From the IMG/VR virus record IMGVR_UViG_2718217648_000002, positions 1-64,000 of that record: a stretch of DNA of 64,000 bases; one strand, written 5' to 3'. Below are positions 22,273 through 32,534 of this stretch, piece after piece (the first letter of the stretch is position 1; each line of letters begins with the position of its first letter). The notes beneath the pieces were generated by a model, which saw only the letters and a list, made by a program, of their open reading frames with translations, did no database searches and was not told the DNA's origin. Source of the DNA: an uncultured virus (IMG/VR IMGVR_UViG_2718217648_000002) (Duplodnaviria; Heunggongvirae; Uroviricota; Caudoviricetes). The translations under genes were made by a program, and so were the position numbers.

Positions 22273-23600
22273 AAAGGAATTCCTATATTAAATGAAACTC
22301 TGGAAACACTGTTAATGTCATTAGCATACAATCCATCAAAACGTAAATCTCCATCTGTTGTGAAGGCAAATCTCGCTGTTCCATATGATCCAATTGTGGG
22401 TACTACAAAATCCACTAGCTGTGTTGGCTTGGTTGAGAATTTAGCAACTGCAGTTCCAATGGCCGGCAATGTTCCGAAAGATCCTCTTAGCCATAACACA
22501 TTGTTTACACTTGAGAATTTGAAAGGGTAAGTGGAGTATTGTGTAGCTCCATTGATAAGTGTAACTGGGTTCCAAGAACCTGACGTGCCACTCCATCTGG
22601 CTTTGTCATCTAAAGTAACGTGAATATCAGTTTTTGCTTCGTGGGCATCGGTGTAAGCTTTCGCCGAGCTGAGTGCGGTAGTAGCTCTTGCTTGTGCTCC
22701 GTCAGTCGTCTCATGTGTTTGCCAGGAAGTCCATGTTGAATCGCTCTTTCTAAAACGGAAATAAGTATGTGTTCCGTAATATGCTTCTAATGCGAATTGT
22801 GCAATCGTAGTTCCATAGTTCATGACAGCTAAATAGACATTGGATAAGTTGGCAGGGGAGTGAAGCCCCTGATTTGCGATTAAATAAAACCCAGTGTTAA
22901 TCAAATCATTGTACTCCGTTTTTTCGGAGCTACCTTTGTAGAATACTTTCCCATCATCGTCAGTGAGTTTGAAAAGTTGAGCAGCGTCCCATTTTTCTCG
23001 ATCAGACTTGCTGATATGAACATTAGTGTCATTCAGATGATTATCAAAGTCACTTTTAGTAGCTTGTTTTACATTGTCTACATTCCCAAGCCCAACCTGT
23101 TCAGCAGTAACCTTGTGTGGGTTTGATTGATCGTTAGTATGTTCAGCTAAAAAAGACTTTGACCTTTCATCGGAGCTGTTCCAATAACTGCGCTCGTCCT
23201 TTGTGATATGTCGATCCAGGTCTGCATCATGAGCGTCAAAATCAATTTTCGCTGCTTGCTGTACATTATCAACCTTAGATAAGCCAACTTGGCTTTTAGT
23301 AACTGAATGGGGATTTTTCTTGTCGTCAAGATGTCCATCAAAAGCCACCTTTGTGGCTTGCTCTTCATTAAGTACATTTGGTAATCCGACTTGCTCTTTA
23401 GTTACATGGTGCGGGTTTTCTATGTTCTGAGTATGCGACTTTAATTCTGAATTTTGCTTTTCCATGAACTCATCGACCTTATCGGATAAACGTTTTTCAT
23501 GATCAGACATGTGAGATTCAGTTCTGAAAAATTGATCTTTAAGGTTATTGATTTGTATATTGTTTTGTTTGAGCTGACCTACAAATTTACTGCTGCTCAT
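22266..23600 (-). CDS. yomR: Tail fibre/baseplate upper protein with NPH.VT..QVGL..V.N repeats and knob-type C-terminus
   Basis: Three internal repeats, synteny. Confidence 0.7.
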   Translation of the reverse strand: MSSSKFVGQLKQNNIQINNLKDQFFRTESHMSDHEKRLSDKVDEFMEKQNSELKSHTQNIENPHHVTKEQVGLPNVLNEEQATKVAFDGHLDDKKNPHSVTKSQVGLSKVDNVQQAAKIDFDAHDADLDRHITKDERSYWNSSDERSKSFLAEHTNDQSNPHKVTAEQVGLGNVDNVKQATKSDFDNHLNDTNVHISKSDREKWDAAQLFKLTDDDGKVFYKGSSEKTEYNDLINTGFYLIANQGLHSPANLSNVYLAVMNYGTTIAQFALEAYYGTHTYFRFRKSDSTWTSWQTHETTDGAQARATTALSSAKAYTDAHEAKTDIHVTLDDKARWSGTSGSWNPVTLINGATQYSTYPFKFSSVNNVLWLRGSFGTLPAIGTAVAKFSTKPTQLVDFVVPTIGSYGTARFAFTTDGDLRFDGLYANDINSVSRVSFNIGIPLW

Positions 23601-23965
23601 TAACTCACCGCAATTCCTTTAACCGTAACATCTCCATTTACGGAAATGACCTCAACCATGAATTTGAAAAGCCCCGCAATATCGAAATCCCAGTTTTCAT
23701 TTGTATTCAATGTACCCGTACCTAATTGAAAATCAGTTTTGTTTGTTCCAGCAATTTCTGTCTTTTCGCCATTTTCATCTACAGCAAAGAATTTTATTTC
23801 TCTTGAAGTTGAGGAACCAGAGATCTTAACAGTAATATCCCGATAATGTGATACTACAAATTCTTCACCTTCAGACGGGGCAGTTGTTGCTTCGTGGAAT
23901 GTAAAGGTTGCTTTATCTGGAATGGTTTTTAAAATATTTTCATCGGTTTCTGTCAACAACTCCAC
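23600..23965 (-). CDS. yomS: YomS-like virion protein
   Basis: ~120 aa, synteny. Confidence 0.6.
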   Translation of the reverse strand: MELLTETDENILKTIPDKATFTFHEATTAPSEGEEFVVSHYRDITVKISGSSTSREIKFFAVDENGEKTEIAGTNKTDFQLGTGTLNTNENWDFDIAGLFKFMVEVISVNGDVTVKGIAVS

Positions 23966-24027
23966 CTCCTAAATCTGTTTAAAAACTGACTTTTATTTAA
24001 AAAGGAGAGGGGAAGAATCCCCTCAAA

Positions 24028-24492
24028 TTATTTAGCTTCAAATACTCTTACGTCTCTGTCAGTACCGTCATTGATCACATAGACATAAAGTGTTTTACCA
24101 GCGGCGACAGGAACTGAAAAAGGTTTGTCACCGGCTGTTAATGGGATACCTGTATCAGCAGTTACAGTTGAGTTCCCAATGTAAATCGTGCCTTCTGCAG
24201 GTGGGTAAATAGTAAGTGCTGTTCTGTCAGTGATACCTGCGGTAACTTTTTGAGCTGTTGAAGTAACAGTGAATTTATCCGTTTTAAAAGAGGAGAAACC
24301 AGGATCTCTTTCATTCAAGGTCACGGAAGGGGATTGTACTTGGATGCCTTTGATAGCATCCAAACCAGCTTGAGGAAAGTCAACTTGTAGTGGTTTTTCT
24401 TGTGATTTTAGATGAATATCGGTGATTGGTTTACCAGTTCCATCGTCTCTAGCTGAAGTGTAAATGTCTCCGTCTTTGTTTAAAAGTGCCAA
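24028..24492 (-). CDS. Hypothetical beta-rich virion accessory protein
   Basis: TTG start with AGGAG RBS, downstream of putative tail tube gene. Confidence 0.6.
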   Translation of the reverse strand: MALLNKDGDIYTSARDDGTGKPITDIHLKSQEKPLQVDFPQAGLDAIKGIQVQSPSVTLNERDPGFSSFKTDKFTVTSTAQKVTAGITDRTALTIYPPAEGTIYIGNSTVTADTGIPLTAGDKPFSVPVAAGKTLYVYVINDGTDRDVRVFEAK

Positions 24493-24510
24493 GATATCAA
24501 GCTCCTAACG

Positions 24511-25314
24511 TTATTTTGTTTCTTGCGTTGTTCCAATGTCTACACTGCTATTCGATGTCGCATCTTCTTGTTCAGTTTTAATTCCTTTTGTCCCATCAGG
24601 GTTACGCTTAACACGGGCAAAAGTACCGATCTTGCCATTATCATCAGCTAATGCTCGGTATCCAATTTCAGGTGTGTAGGCTTGTCCAGCCTCTAAGGAC
24701 ATGTCTGCTTCACCAGAGAAATTAACTTTAGGTAACTGGATATAAAGGTCACTGTAAATTTTTGATGTCTTTGGATCGTACTCAAGTGTGTGGATTTCGA
24801 AGTAATAGTTCTCGGAGAATTTTTCACCACTAATTTCAACTGTTTCTGCATCAACTTCAATTTGATAGTGAGCTGTTACAGCGTTCCCTTTAGCAGCAAA
24901 CGTTTCAGGAACAGTAATTGTTTTGTCTGAAACATTAAATTCTTGTTGATCTCCGTCTTCATTTGTAAGTGAGACTTTGGATAAAGGAGTATACGCGATT
25001 TTGATTGTGCCGGTATCACTTACAGTAAGACTTTCATCTTCCCATACAGAAATCGTCTCGTTTTCAATTTTTACACCTTGCTGCATTGCCATAAAATCAA
25101 GATCAAAGAAAGCATTTTTTACGTTGCCTGAAACCTCTTTGCTTGAGTTGATGACATACAGGTCTCTATTTCCCCATCCGCCTTTTAAAAAGTCTTGTTG
25201 GACTTGTTGGGAGAACTGAGTCATTTGTGTTACAGAAGATGCAACAACCTTGTGGTCACTAAGTCTTTTGGTTAGCACCTTGCCAACTTCATGGATAACT
25301 GTTTGTTTTGCCAA
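24511..25314 (-). CDS. yomU: Probable major tail tube protein, YomU-like
   Basis: 267 aa, strong AGGAGG RBS, synteny. Confidence 0.65.
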   Translation of the reverse strand: MAKQTVIHEVGKVLTKRLSDHKVVASSVTQMTQFSQQVQQDFLKGGWGNRDLYVINSSKEVSGNVKNAFFDLDFMAMQQGVKIENETISVWEDESLTVSDTGTIKIAYTPLSKVSLTNEDGDQQEFNVSDKTITVPETFAAKGNAVTAHYQIEVDAETVEISGEKFSENYYFEIHTLEYDPKTSKIYSDLYIQLPKVNFSGEADMSLEAGQAYTPEIGYRALADDNGKIGTFARVKRNPDGTKGIKTEQEDATSNSSVDIGTTQETK

Positions 25315-25354
25315 GTGTTTTCCTCCTAATTTAAAATGAAAAAGAGACTGTGAA

Positions 25355-26065
25355 TCAGTCTCCGAATAATTGCTCTAAATTTTTAGCATCTGCTGTACTG
25401 AGGTGGTGTTTTTCTTCTCTATACATATCAACATGACTATTCCAGTCACCGATTTTCACATCAGTTGATACAGTGGCAAATAACGCAGAAGTGTTATAAT
25501 TCATTATTTCACCCATTCTGTAATATGACAGGTACAATTGATAAATTGTCATATCGGCTACCTCTTGATATGTGTATCCATTAAATGCAGCCACACAGCT
25601 AGCGATGTCCTTTAAATCATTTTGAGAATTTTGGAGTTTTAATTGATTATTCAAATCATGAAACTCCTGTAATTCATCATTCTCAACAATTTTCTCTTCA
25701 GTCAGGCAATGCATCTCTAATATCAATTTTCTAACATTGTTAAATGCTCTCTGATCAATAAGATGTAGTGATTCCTTGTCCACAAATACTTTGCTAAACA
25801 CTTTAAAATAAGCCTGGTTAAATTCGGGTAAGTAATCATGAACAATTTTGAAGAGACTATTCTTCTTCAATTCGATAATTAAATCATTTAATGAACCGTC
25901 ATTGTTGATTTTTGAAAAGTTTCTGATGATTTCCTTCTTGCTCATTTTCATCATATTTAGCTCGCTTATGTACTCTGGGTAATCTCTTAAGTGGATAAAG
26001 TTTATTGCACCGACTTCAGTATTAATAGGCCTTCCTAAAAAGAAAAAATCCTTTAACACATTCAT
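25355..26065 (-). CDS. yomV: YomV-like protein
   Basis: 236 aa, synteny. Confidence 0.6.
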   Translation of the reverse strand: MNVLKDFFFLGRPINTEVGAINFIHLRDYPEYISELNMMKMSKKEIIRNFSKINNDGSLNDLIIELKKNSLFKIVHDYLPEFNQAYFKVFSKVFVDKESLHLIDQRAFNNVRKLILEMHCLTEEKIVENDELQEFHDLNNQLKLQNSQNDLKDIASCVAAFNGYTYQEVADMTIYQLYLSYYRMGEIMNYNTSALFATVSTDVKIGDWNSHVDMYREEKHHLSTADAKNLEQLFGD

Positions 26066-26568
26066 TTACTTGCTCCGAAAGTGAATATCAATTTGTATCC
26101 CAAGTACCCTTCAGGCGCATTTGATATGAGCAACCTTGTATATTTAACATTTTTACCGATGCCAGCAAAATTTTGATTGAAGAGCATGTCACAAATACGA
26201 TCAGTAATTTTCAGGTTCCTGAATTCGGTCTCCTCATAAGTGTTAATGTGTGTATAAACATCAATCATCAAGTCTTGATCTAGCAGCATCACACTTTGGG
26301 TTGAGGGTTTAGGGATTCCATTGCCGAGATAAACACAAAGTCTGCATATTGGTTGATCGGTTAAATCATCAGTTTTGGGAGCACGTTTAATTATTGAGCT
26401 TAATATTGATGGGGAATCATCAACTGGATCATAATAATTTTCCAACGTCTGAACATCAGGGAGAGAAGAGGAGAGAGGGTCATCTTTATAATATAAAAGA
26501 CGATTCAATTCTGTATCATTCATAATAGTTCTAAATACAGTTGTCATATGTTCAACCATCATACTCAA
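26062..26568 (-). CDS. yomW: YomW-like tail completion/neck protein
   Basis: 168 aa, synteny. Confidence 0.6.
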   Translation of the reverse strand: MSMMVEHMTTVFRTIMNDTELNRLLYYKDDPLSSSLPDVQTLENYYDPVDDSPSILSSIIKRAPKTDDLTDQPICRLCVYLGNGIPKPSTQSVMLLDQDLMIDVYTHINTYEETEFRNLKITDRICDMLFNQNFAGIGKNVKYTRLLISNAPEGYLGYKLIFTFGASK

Positions 26569-27230
26569 TCGCTATCACCTCCAACTTTCTTTTTGGCTAT
26601 AAGTCTAATTGTTCCGGTGTCTCCATAGACCTTGGAATAGTCTATATCATCAACACGGAATTCCTCACCATAAAAAGAAAGAAAAAGACCCTTCTTTAAT
26701 TTTTCATGTTTTAAAAAAGGGATGGTGACATGTGCTTGCCCTTCAGGAATGTTTATAGCCAATTCTGATCCAATTGTTGAGGTTGTTCGTTCTAATACAC
26801 ACGGGATGTCAACCTTCTCACCAGGCACTTTAATCTTTATCGGTCTCCCTGTAACTTCATCAATCTTTCCAGAATCAATAAGTTTGTCAGAAGATGTTAG
26901 ACTGATTGATGAATTGCAAAGCCGCATAGTAGCACTGTCATTCATTTTGTTATCAGTGGGGCGCGCATTAACTAACCAGTAACTACCGTCATACAAAATC
27001 AAGTCTCCACGATTTAATAAGCCTAAAACTGTAAGGACTTTTTTTGTTTCGCTGTCCTGAGTGGTTTGAATTATCACCTGTTCTGGCTTACCATTCAATT
27101 CAATGTCGTAAGTTTCAGGTGAATTTGCTAAGATTTCTTTGAAAATTTCATACTTGTTTGAATTAAACTCTTCGTTTTCCCAGCCACTCAAATAATTTGA
27201 AGAAGAGGTTAGATACCAATCTATAGACAT
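26565..27230 (-). CDS. Head-closure/neck protein (YomX position)
   Basis: 221 aa, synteny. Confidence 0.55.
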   Translation of the reverse strand: MSIDWYLTSSSNYLSGWENEEFNSNKYEIFKEILANSPETYDIELNGKPEQVIIQTTQDSETKKVLTVLGLLNRGDLILYDGSYWLVNARPTDNKMNDSATMRLCNSSISLTSSDKLIDSGKIDEVTGRPIKIKVPGEKVDIPCVLERTTSTIGSELAINIPEGQAHVTIPFLKHEKLKKGLFLSFYGEEFRVDDIDYSKVYGDTGTIRLIAKKKVGGDSD

Positions 27231-27239
27231 CTAATCACC

Positions 27240-27626
27240 TCAATCAAAGTTATTCACTTTCAGTTTGCTCATTTTTTTTTCAATCTCATCGACAAGATCT
27301 TCATAGGATCTATTAACCTGAGCTTTAGTATTAGATAAACCTGTCAATTGAACATCTCTTCCTACAACGTTGTTTAATTTTAAGGCTCTGTCTCGATATC
27401 TGAAAGAGAATCCTTTGTACATAAGCATTCCTAAAACTTGAATTTGTGATGAAGTAAGGGGATATTTAAATGTATTGGACTTTTCATCATAACCAAGTTC
27501 TGTCAGTTCGGTTTCGTATTCACCAACTGCGTTAATGAAAAACTGCTGTTCAAGGCCATCAGGGAGAATTTCATTTGATTGAAACATTGAGTGGAAAACG
27601 TTAATTATTTTTTCATAAGGAGTCAA
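27240..27626 (-). CDS. Head-tail adaptor (YomZ position)
   Basis: 128 aa, synteny. Confidence 0.55.
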   Translation of the reverse strand: MTPYEKIINVFHSMFQSNEILPDGLEQQFFINAVGEYETELTELGYDEKSNTFKYPLTSSQIQVLGMLMYKGFSFRYRDRALKLNNVVGRDVQLTGLSNTKAQVNRSYEDLVDEIEKKMSKLKVNNFD

Positions 27627-27639
27627 GATTTAACCTCCC

Positions 27640-28113
27640 TTATGATTGAGTATCAAATTTAAACCCAGTGTATTCTTCAATGAACTTGATCTTAGCGTAA
27701 TCATTAATCTTTTCTTTTTTAGCTACATCAAACAGCTGAGCTTTTTCAGACTCAAGTAAGATTTCCTTTTGAACATTTTCTTCGAAGGCTTTTTGGGTTT
27801 TGTATCCCAAGATTTGTTTAATTCGTTCTACAGTAACAATTTCTTGTTTGTCGTCTTTATCTTCGGTCTCAAAACCTAAGTGCACACGGGTTTCTTTGTC
27901 ATCAATATAGATTTTGGCATGAGTACCTTGACCGTCAGTTCCAGTAAATAGTGAGGTATTGTCATAGACTTGGGATTGCACTTCCCCAGCTGTGATCTGT
28001 CTAATTCCATTGGCCGGCAATCTGAAGTCACCGTGAGAGTCAATCTTTCGGAAATATAAATCCCATGGACATAAATTTTTAATTGTAATCTTTTTATCTA
28101 AATTAAAAGACAT
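27640..28113 (-). CDS. Hypothetical head-module protein (YonA position)
   Basis: 157 aa, synteny. Confidence 0.55.
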   Translation of the reverse strand: MSFNLDKKITIKNLCPWDLYFRKIDSHGDFRLPANGIRQITAGEVQSQVYDNTSLFTGTDGQGTHAKIYIDDKETRVHLGFETEDKDDKQEIVTVERIKQILGYKTQKAFEENVQKEILLESEKAQLFDVAKKEKINDYAKIKFIEEYTGFKFDTQS

Positions 28114-28167
28114 GTAATCCCTCCAAAAATAAAAGGAGGGACACAGCCCTCCTAAATTTTAAATTGT

Positions 28168-29274
28168 TTAAATTTGTGGTAATTCATATTTTGTGTCTCT
28201 GATGAGACCAATTTGATGTTCTTGTCCTTTGGCTACACCAGCTCCAATTTCCATATCAAAACGAGTGATCTCAGTTCCAGTGATAATGTCGTTACCATTC
28301 ATCGATGTGAGTCCGCCTTTTTGGAAAACTTGAAGAGGAGACTTTTTACCTTGAGGAATGAAGAAGAGAAGTCCTTCAGGAAGATATGTTTTGAAGTTAT
28401 CGCCGGCTTTATTTAATTCAGTTAGATTATAAGCATTAGGTAATTCTACAACAGAAGAACCTTTATAAGTGTTAAGTAATCCTGTTCTTCGGATTTCATC
28501 CATAACAGACTGAGGGAGTTTAGTGCTTGAAGCATCTCCGGTTACAGCCTGGAACCCTGCAAAGTCATTTAACTGAGAAACAACAGAAAAGTCACCAACA
28601 ATAGAAGGTTGTCCAAATCGGCGAATCTTTGTGATAATATCGTCTACAGATGATTTGGTGATACCTTCAGTTTCAGCAAAGTATTTAACACCTGTTGCAT
28701 TTTTAATTGCATTGAACATTTCATTTACTACATAGTACATCGCTTTGTTCATCATATCTGTTTGAACTTGCTCCATGCCTTCTGCTACTTTATCGAGGTT
28801 TCCACTTTGAATCTCACGATAGTTAACAGCATAGCCAGAAGAAATGGTTTGAGTTCCAATCGGGTATTCGCTCCAAGTTGTAGTAGCGAACGGTACGTCA
28901 CCACGGGAAGCTTGGAATTGGCTTCGGATGGATTCATGCGCGTATGATGTCATCATTGGTTGCTGATCATAGCCGATAGTTCTAAATGTGCCCATAAAAT
29001 CAAATAGCTTAATTGCTGAAATAAGCTTAGGCTCAATGGCATAACGCACAATTGTGTTGATCTCGGCTTTAGCTACAGGGTTGCCCATAAGAGCTTTGGA
29101 AGCTAGTTCCTTCACATGGGTCATAGCAGCATTGGCTTTTGCTCCAAACTTGGAAAGATCTTGACCTGTTGCAGCTGCAGAAAAGATTTCTACAATAGGG
29201 GACTTAGCATTCAATTTAGCATTTGCATAATGGTTTGAGTCTTTTTGAACATTGTTTAATTCAACTGTAAACAT
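28168..29274 (-). CDS. Probable major capsid protein (YonB position)
   Basis: 368 aa, GGAGG RBS, follows scaffold and decoration genes, terminator after it. Confidence 0.7.
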   Translation of the reverse strand: MFTVELNNVQKDSNHYANAKLNAKSPIVEIFSAAATGQDLSKFGAKANAAMTHVKELASKALMGNPVAKAEINTIVRYAIEPKLISAIKLFDFMGTFRTIGYDQQPMMTSYAHESIRSQFQASRGDVPFATTTWSEYPIGTQTISSGYAVNYREIQSGNLDKVAEGMEQVQTDMMNKAMYYVVNEMFNAIKNATGVKYFAETEGITKSSVDDIITKIRRFGQPSIVGDFSVVSQLNDFAGFQAVTGDASSTKLPQSVMDEIRRTGLLNTYKGSSVVELPNAYNLTELNKAGDNFKTYLPEGLLFFIPQGKKSPLQVFQKGGLTSMNGNDIITGTEITRFDMEIGAGVAKGQEHQIGLIRDTKYELPQI

Positions 29275-29297
29275 TAATAATTACCTCCAGAATATAA

Positions 29298-29762
29298 TTA
29301 AGCCTGTACTGTTAGGTACAAACCTTTTCCGCCAAATGTATTTTTCTCTAAGACTTTTAGAGATACTTTAAACTCTGCAACGTCATCTCCAGCTTTAACC
29401 CATTTACCTGATTTGTCTGCAGCAGGAACCAATACGTCATCTTTAACAAGCGCATCATAATCAACTACTACGTCTGAGCTAAGTTCAATTGGCAGTCCTT
29501 TTAAGTCAGCTAAATTAAAAGCAAGGACATATTCACCTTTTAGAACTTTGAAGTCTTCTTTATTGCGAATTTCAGGTTTATCAATAATGTTTCCAACAAC
29601 ATACACATCACCTTTTGCAGTTGAAGATGCACCTGGAGGGAATGCGTTACCAGAAGAATCGTTAGGGATTACGACTAGACCAGGGACTAAATCGACACTA
29701 GCCTTGCAACGTGGATTATTTCGTACTTGTTTATAAGCACCAATTGTTCCGAATTTGAACAT
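29298..29762 (-). CDS. Probable capsid decoration protein (YonC position)
   Basis: 154 aa, position. Confidence 0.55.
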   Translation of the reverse strand: MFKFGTIGAYKQVRNNPRCKASVDLVPGLVVIPNDSSGNAFPPGASSTAKGDVYVVGNIIDKPEIRNKEDFKVLKGEYVLAFNLADLKGLPIELSSDVVVDYDALVKDDVLVPAADKSGKWVKAGDDVAEFKVSLKVLEKNTFGGKGLYLTVQA

Positions 29763-29802
29763 TGAGTATTCCTCCTAAATTTTATAAAAGTGTTATTTTA
29801 TC

Positions 29803-30957
29803 TTAATAAAGATCATCAATAGTCACTGAACTTTGTTGCCCAGAATCACGAACTTCTGAATAAATATCGAAATTTGTGCTATTAGTCTCAGAGGCTTGCT
29901 TCTTTGAGCGTTCAGTGATGAAGGATCGAGCGATTGCTGAGTTGATTTCAGAAATAATTTCGTTTTTAAGCTCGACAGAAGGAGACTTAGAGAACATTTC
30001 AATTTTCTCTTTTGCGACATCCTTTTCTTCAGGAGAATATTCCTTTAAAGCTTGGTTAAGCTCTCCTTGCATCTTTTCGGCTACCGCCTTGTTTTTGAAT
30101 TCCTTTAGGGAATTAAGCTCTTCATCTGCCTTGGCTTTTTCATCCTTAGCTTTTTGCGCTTCTTTTTCTTTTGCATCAGCCTTAGCTTTTTCATCCTTTG
30201 CAGCTTTAACAGCGGCATTCAGTTCTTCAGTTTTTTGCTTTAAGTCCTCAGTAAGTTTCTCAACTTTTTGATTTAATTCTCCAATTTCTTTATTCTTATT
30301 ATCAAGTTTGTTGTTTAACTCAAGGACTACTTCTTCTTGAGATTTTGGCATTAAATTATCCTCCTTTTTTTTACTGTTTAATTCAAGCAAAATGGCAGCG
30401 TCGTCTGCAGGGTCAATACCTAAAATGGCATCACCTGTAAAGTCAAATTTCATAGGTATACGTCCTTGCTCTTTCCAGCCACCTTCATATTCAATTGCAT
30501 CTGAATCTTCTACAGCTGCTATCTCAACCGAGGTCTCAGGGAAATCGCCATCAAACATTTTTGATTTTAACCATTGAACAAATTTAGGATAGCGCTGGTT
30601 GTATAGGAAGCCTTCAGCTATTAACACTCTTTTTGGCTCACCATTAACATCAATAGTGTCAATGTAAGCATTGGTAGTCGTACCAACCACTGCGCTGTTT
30701 TCAAAGAGAGGGGTGCCGTCCTTGACTTCTGTTAAACCGTGTCCGAATGGCTCACTGTTTTCATCATCCAAGAATTCTGCGCAAATTGGCATTAACTTGA
30801 TTGATTCAAGGTTAGCGTTTATGTATTTCTCCAGCCAGGTAATACCGTTCTTGTTGAACTGAGTATTGTTTTCATGGATTTCGAGAACGACCCACTTGAT
30901 GTATGTTTGACCACTGGTTTTTTTCTGATTGTTAATTTCTAAAATCGTGCTTTTCAA
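29803..30957 (-). CDS. Prohead protease/scaffold protein (YonD position)
   Basis: Globular N-terminal domain plus K/E-rich coiled-coil C-terminus, between portal and capsid. Confidence 0.65.
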   Translation of the reverse strand: MKSTILEINNQKKTSGQTYIKWVVLEIHENNTQFNKNGITWLEKYINANLESIKLMPICAEFLDDENSEPFGHGLTEVKDGTPLFENSAVVGTTTNAYIDTIDVNGEPKRVLIAEGFLYNQRYPKFVQWLKSKMFDGDFPETSVEIAAVEDSDAIEYEGGWKEQGRIPMKFDFTGDAILGIDPADDAAILLELNSKKKEDNLMPKSQEEVVLELNNKLDNKNKEIGELNQKVEKLTEDLKQKTEELNAAVKAAKDEKAKADAKEKEAQKAKDEKAKADEELNSLKEFKNKAVAEKMQGELNQALKEYSPEEKDVAKEKIEMFSKSPSVELKNEIISEINSAIARSFITERSKKQASETNSTNFDIYSEVRDSGQQSSVTIDDLY

Positions 30958-30974
30958 ATACTAATCACCTCCTC

Positions 30975-32516
30975 TCAAGAGCCAGAAGGCGTTCCGTTAC
31001 TGTTATTTGTCTTCGATTTAATCGTGTTTTCATTTTTCGGATCATCGATCTCAGGTGCGCCGGCTGACTTATCGTTATTCTTACTCATTGTGAAAGAGGT
31101 CGCATGAACAGGGAACTTTTCATCAAAACCTTCGTCTTTTTCATATTCCATTAGGGATAAGTAAGCATCAGGATTCCATCCAGTAGCGGCTATCCAAGCA
31201 ATAAGGCTTCCTCGACCACTTGTATAAAGGTCTTTCATGTTTTGGACTTTTTCTTTCCTGTTAACGTGGGTAAGAGGGAGGTAGTAAACCTCAATATAAG
31301 AGCGAGGATCTTTGATGATATTGGCGTTTATCACCTTGTTAAACTCACTTTGAATTTGTTCTAACCAGGAGAATATTTGGGAAGAAACCATCTCGATATT
31401 GGTTTGTTGAGAAGAATAGTTACCGTCTTGACCATTGAGAGCAGATCCTGCAAATCCTAAATTTGTAGTGATTCGTTTAATGAGCTCGTCTTCACCTTTA
31501 ACCTTCAAGAAATCTACATTAGTTTCCAACTTGTCTAATTTTGTTCCAGAGGCCAAAGAGAAGAACTTAACACCTTTAACGCTTCCTTTAGCAACTAACG
31601 CTTTTTTTATATTCTCATGCTGCTGCTCCTGTTGCTTTTGAGATAAGGCTGATTTGCCTTTTTGATCACCTTCAGGGAAAGTCTGATAAATTAAAGTGCT
31701 GTTGAGCTCATCTAAAATGTTTCGTTTAGTGTCAACAAAGTATTCATCATAAACCATATCAATAAATGCGGATAAACCGATTGGGCGTCCCCATTGATCT
31801 TCAATGTCGCTACTTCCTTTAACAGCAATAGTCTTATTGTTATCAAGAACTAACCATTTTCGATTTTGGTCTTTCTTATAACCCCTATAGCCTTGTCTGA
31901 TTTCTTCTGGCCATCGTCTAAGCTTGAGCGATCTCCCGTTACTTGTGAACTTATCAAAATAGGAGACATCAAAAGCTAACTGATAAGAGGAATTTTTCCT
32001 TCCGATAATTTTGCAATAATCGAGAGGAAGAGGGAGGACGGAACAATTAAAGTCGTCAATAGCATTTGATTCAGTTATTGATCCGATCTCATTGTCACTT
32101 AGAGTGGTGGGGAAAGAATCATCCACTACAGAATCAAAATAATAAAAGCCAGTGCCATATTTGCTGAGTTTTCCTAATGCATCCCTGACAGCACTTTTGT
32201 CGCCGATTTTTCTTAAAGCCAGATTGAACTTTTGTTTGTTCGATTTGAAATTAGCTACTTTACTTGATCCCAAAATAACTCTGTCTAAAGTAGGGAGGGC
32301 TACCATGTAGTCAATAACGTTTCTATACACACCATTTGCGTTATAAAGCAATTTAGAGGCATCCCTAATCTGTTTATTGTAGACGTTGTGGTCTTTCAGC
32401 CATGATTTAACTTTGTCGTAAGAAATACCGTTAAATAAATCATTAAAGAACAATGAATCAAGCGGCGCTAAATTTGTATTAAACTCATATGATGACTGTG
32501 GTTCAGATGTAGTCAT
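30975..32516 (-). CDS. Portal protein (YonE position)
   Basis: 513 aa directly after terminase. Confidence 0.75.
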   Translation of the reverse strand: MTTSEPQSSYEFNTNLAPLDSLFFNDLFNGISYDKVKSWLKDHNVYNKQIRDASKLLYNANGVYRNVIDYMVALPTLDRVILGSSKVANFKSNKQKFNLALRKIGDKSAVRDALGKLSKYGTGFYYFDSVVDDSFPTTLSDNEIGSITESNAIDDFNCSVLPLPLDYCKIIGRKNSSYQLAFDVSYFDKFTSNGRSLKLRRWPEEIRQGYRGYKKDQNRKWLVLDNNKTIAVKGSSDIEDQWGRPIGLSAFIDMVYDEYFVDTKRNILDELNSTLIYQTFPEGDQKGKSALSQKQQEQQHENIKKALVAKGSVKGVKFFSLASGTKLDKLETNVDFLKVKGEDELIKRITTNLGFAGSALNGQDGNYSSQQTNIEMVSSQIFSWLEQIQSEFNKVINANIIKDPRSYIEVYYLPLTHVNRKEKVQNMKDLYTSGRGSLIAWIAATGWNPDAYLSLMEYEKDEGFDEKFPVHATSFTMSKNNDKSAGAPEIDDPKNENTIKSKTNNSNGTPSGS

Positions 32517-32534
32517 TATTCACCTCCTCAATTT

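Noticed and set aside
23040..23420. Tandem repeats as CRISPR or VNTR
   Set aside because: Protein-level repeats within the tail fibre; no repeat-spacer array seen anywhere in the window
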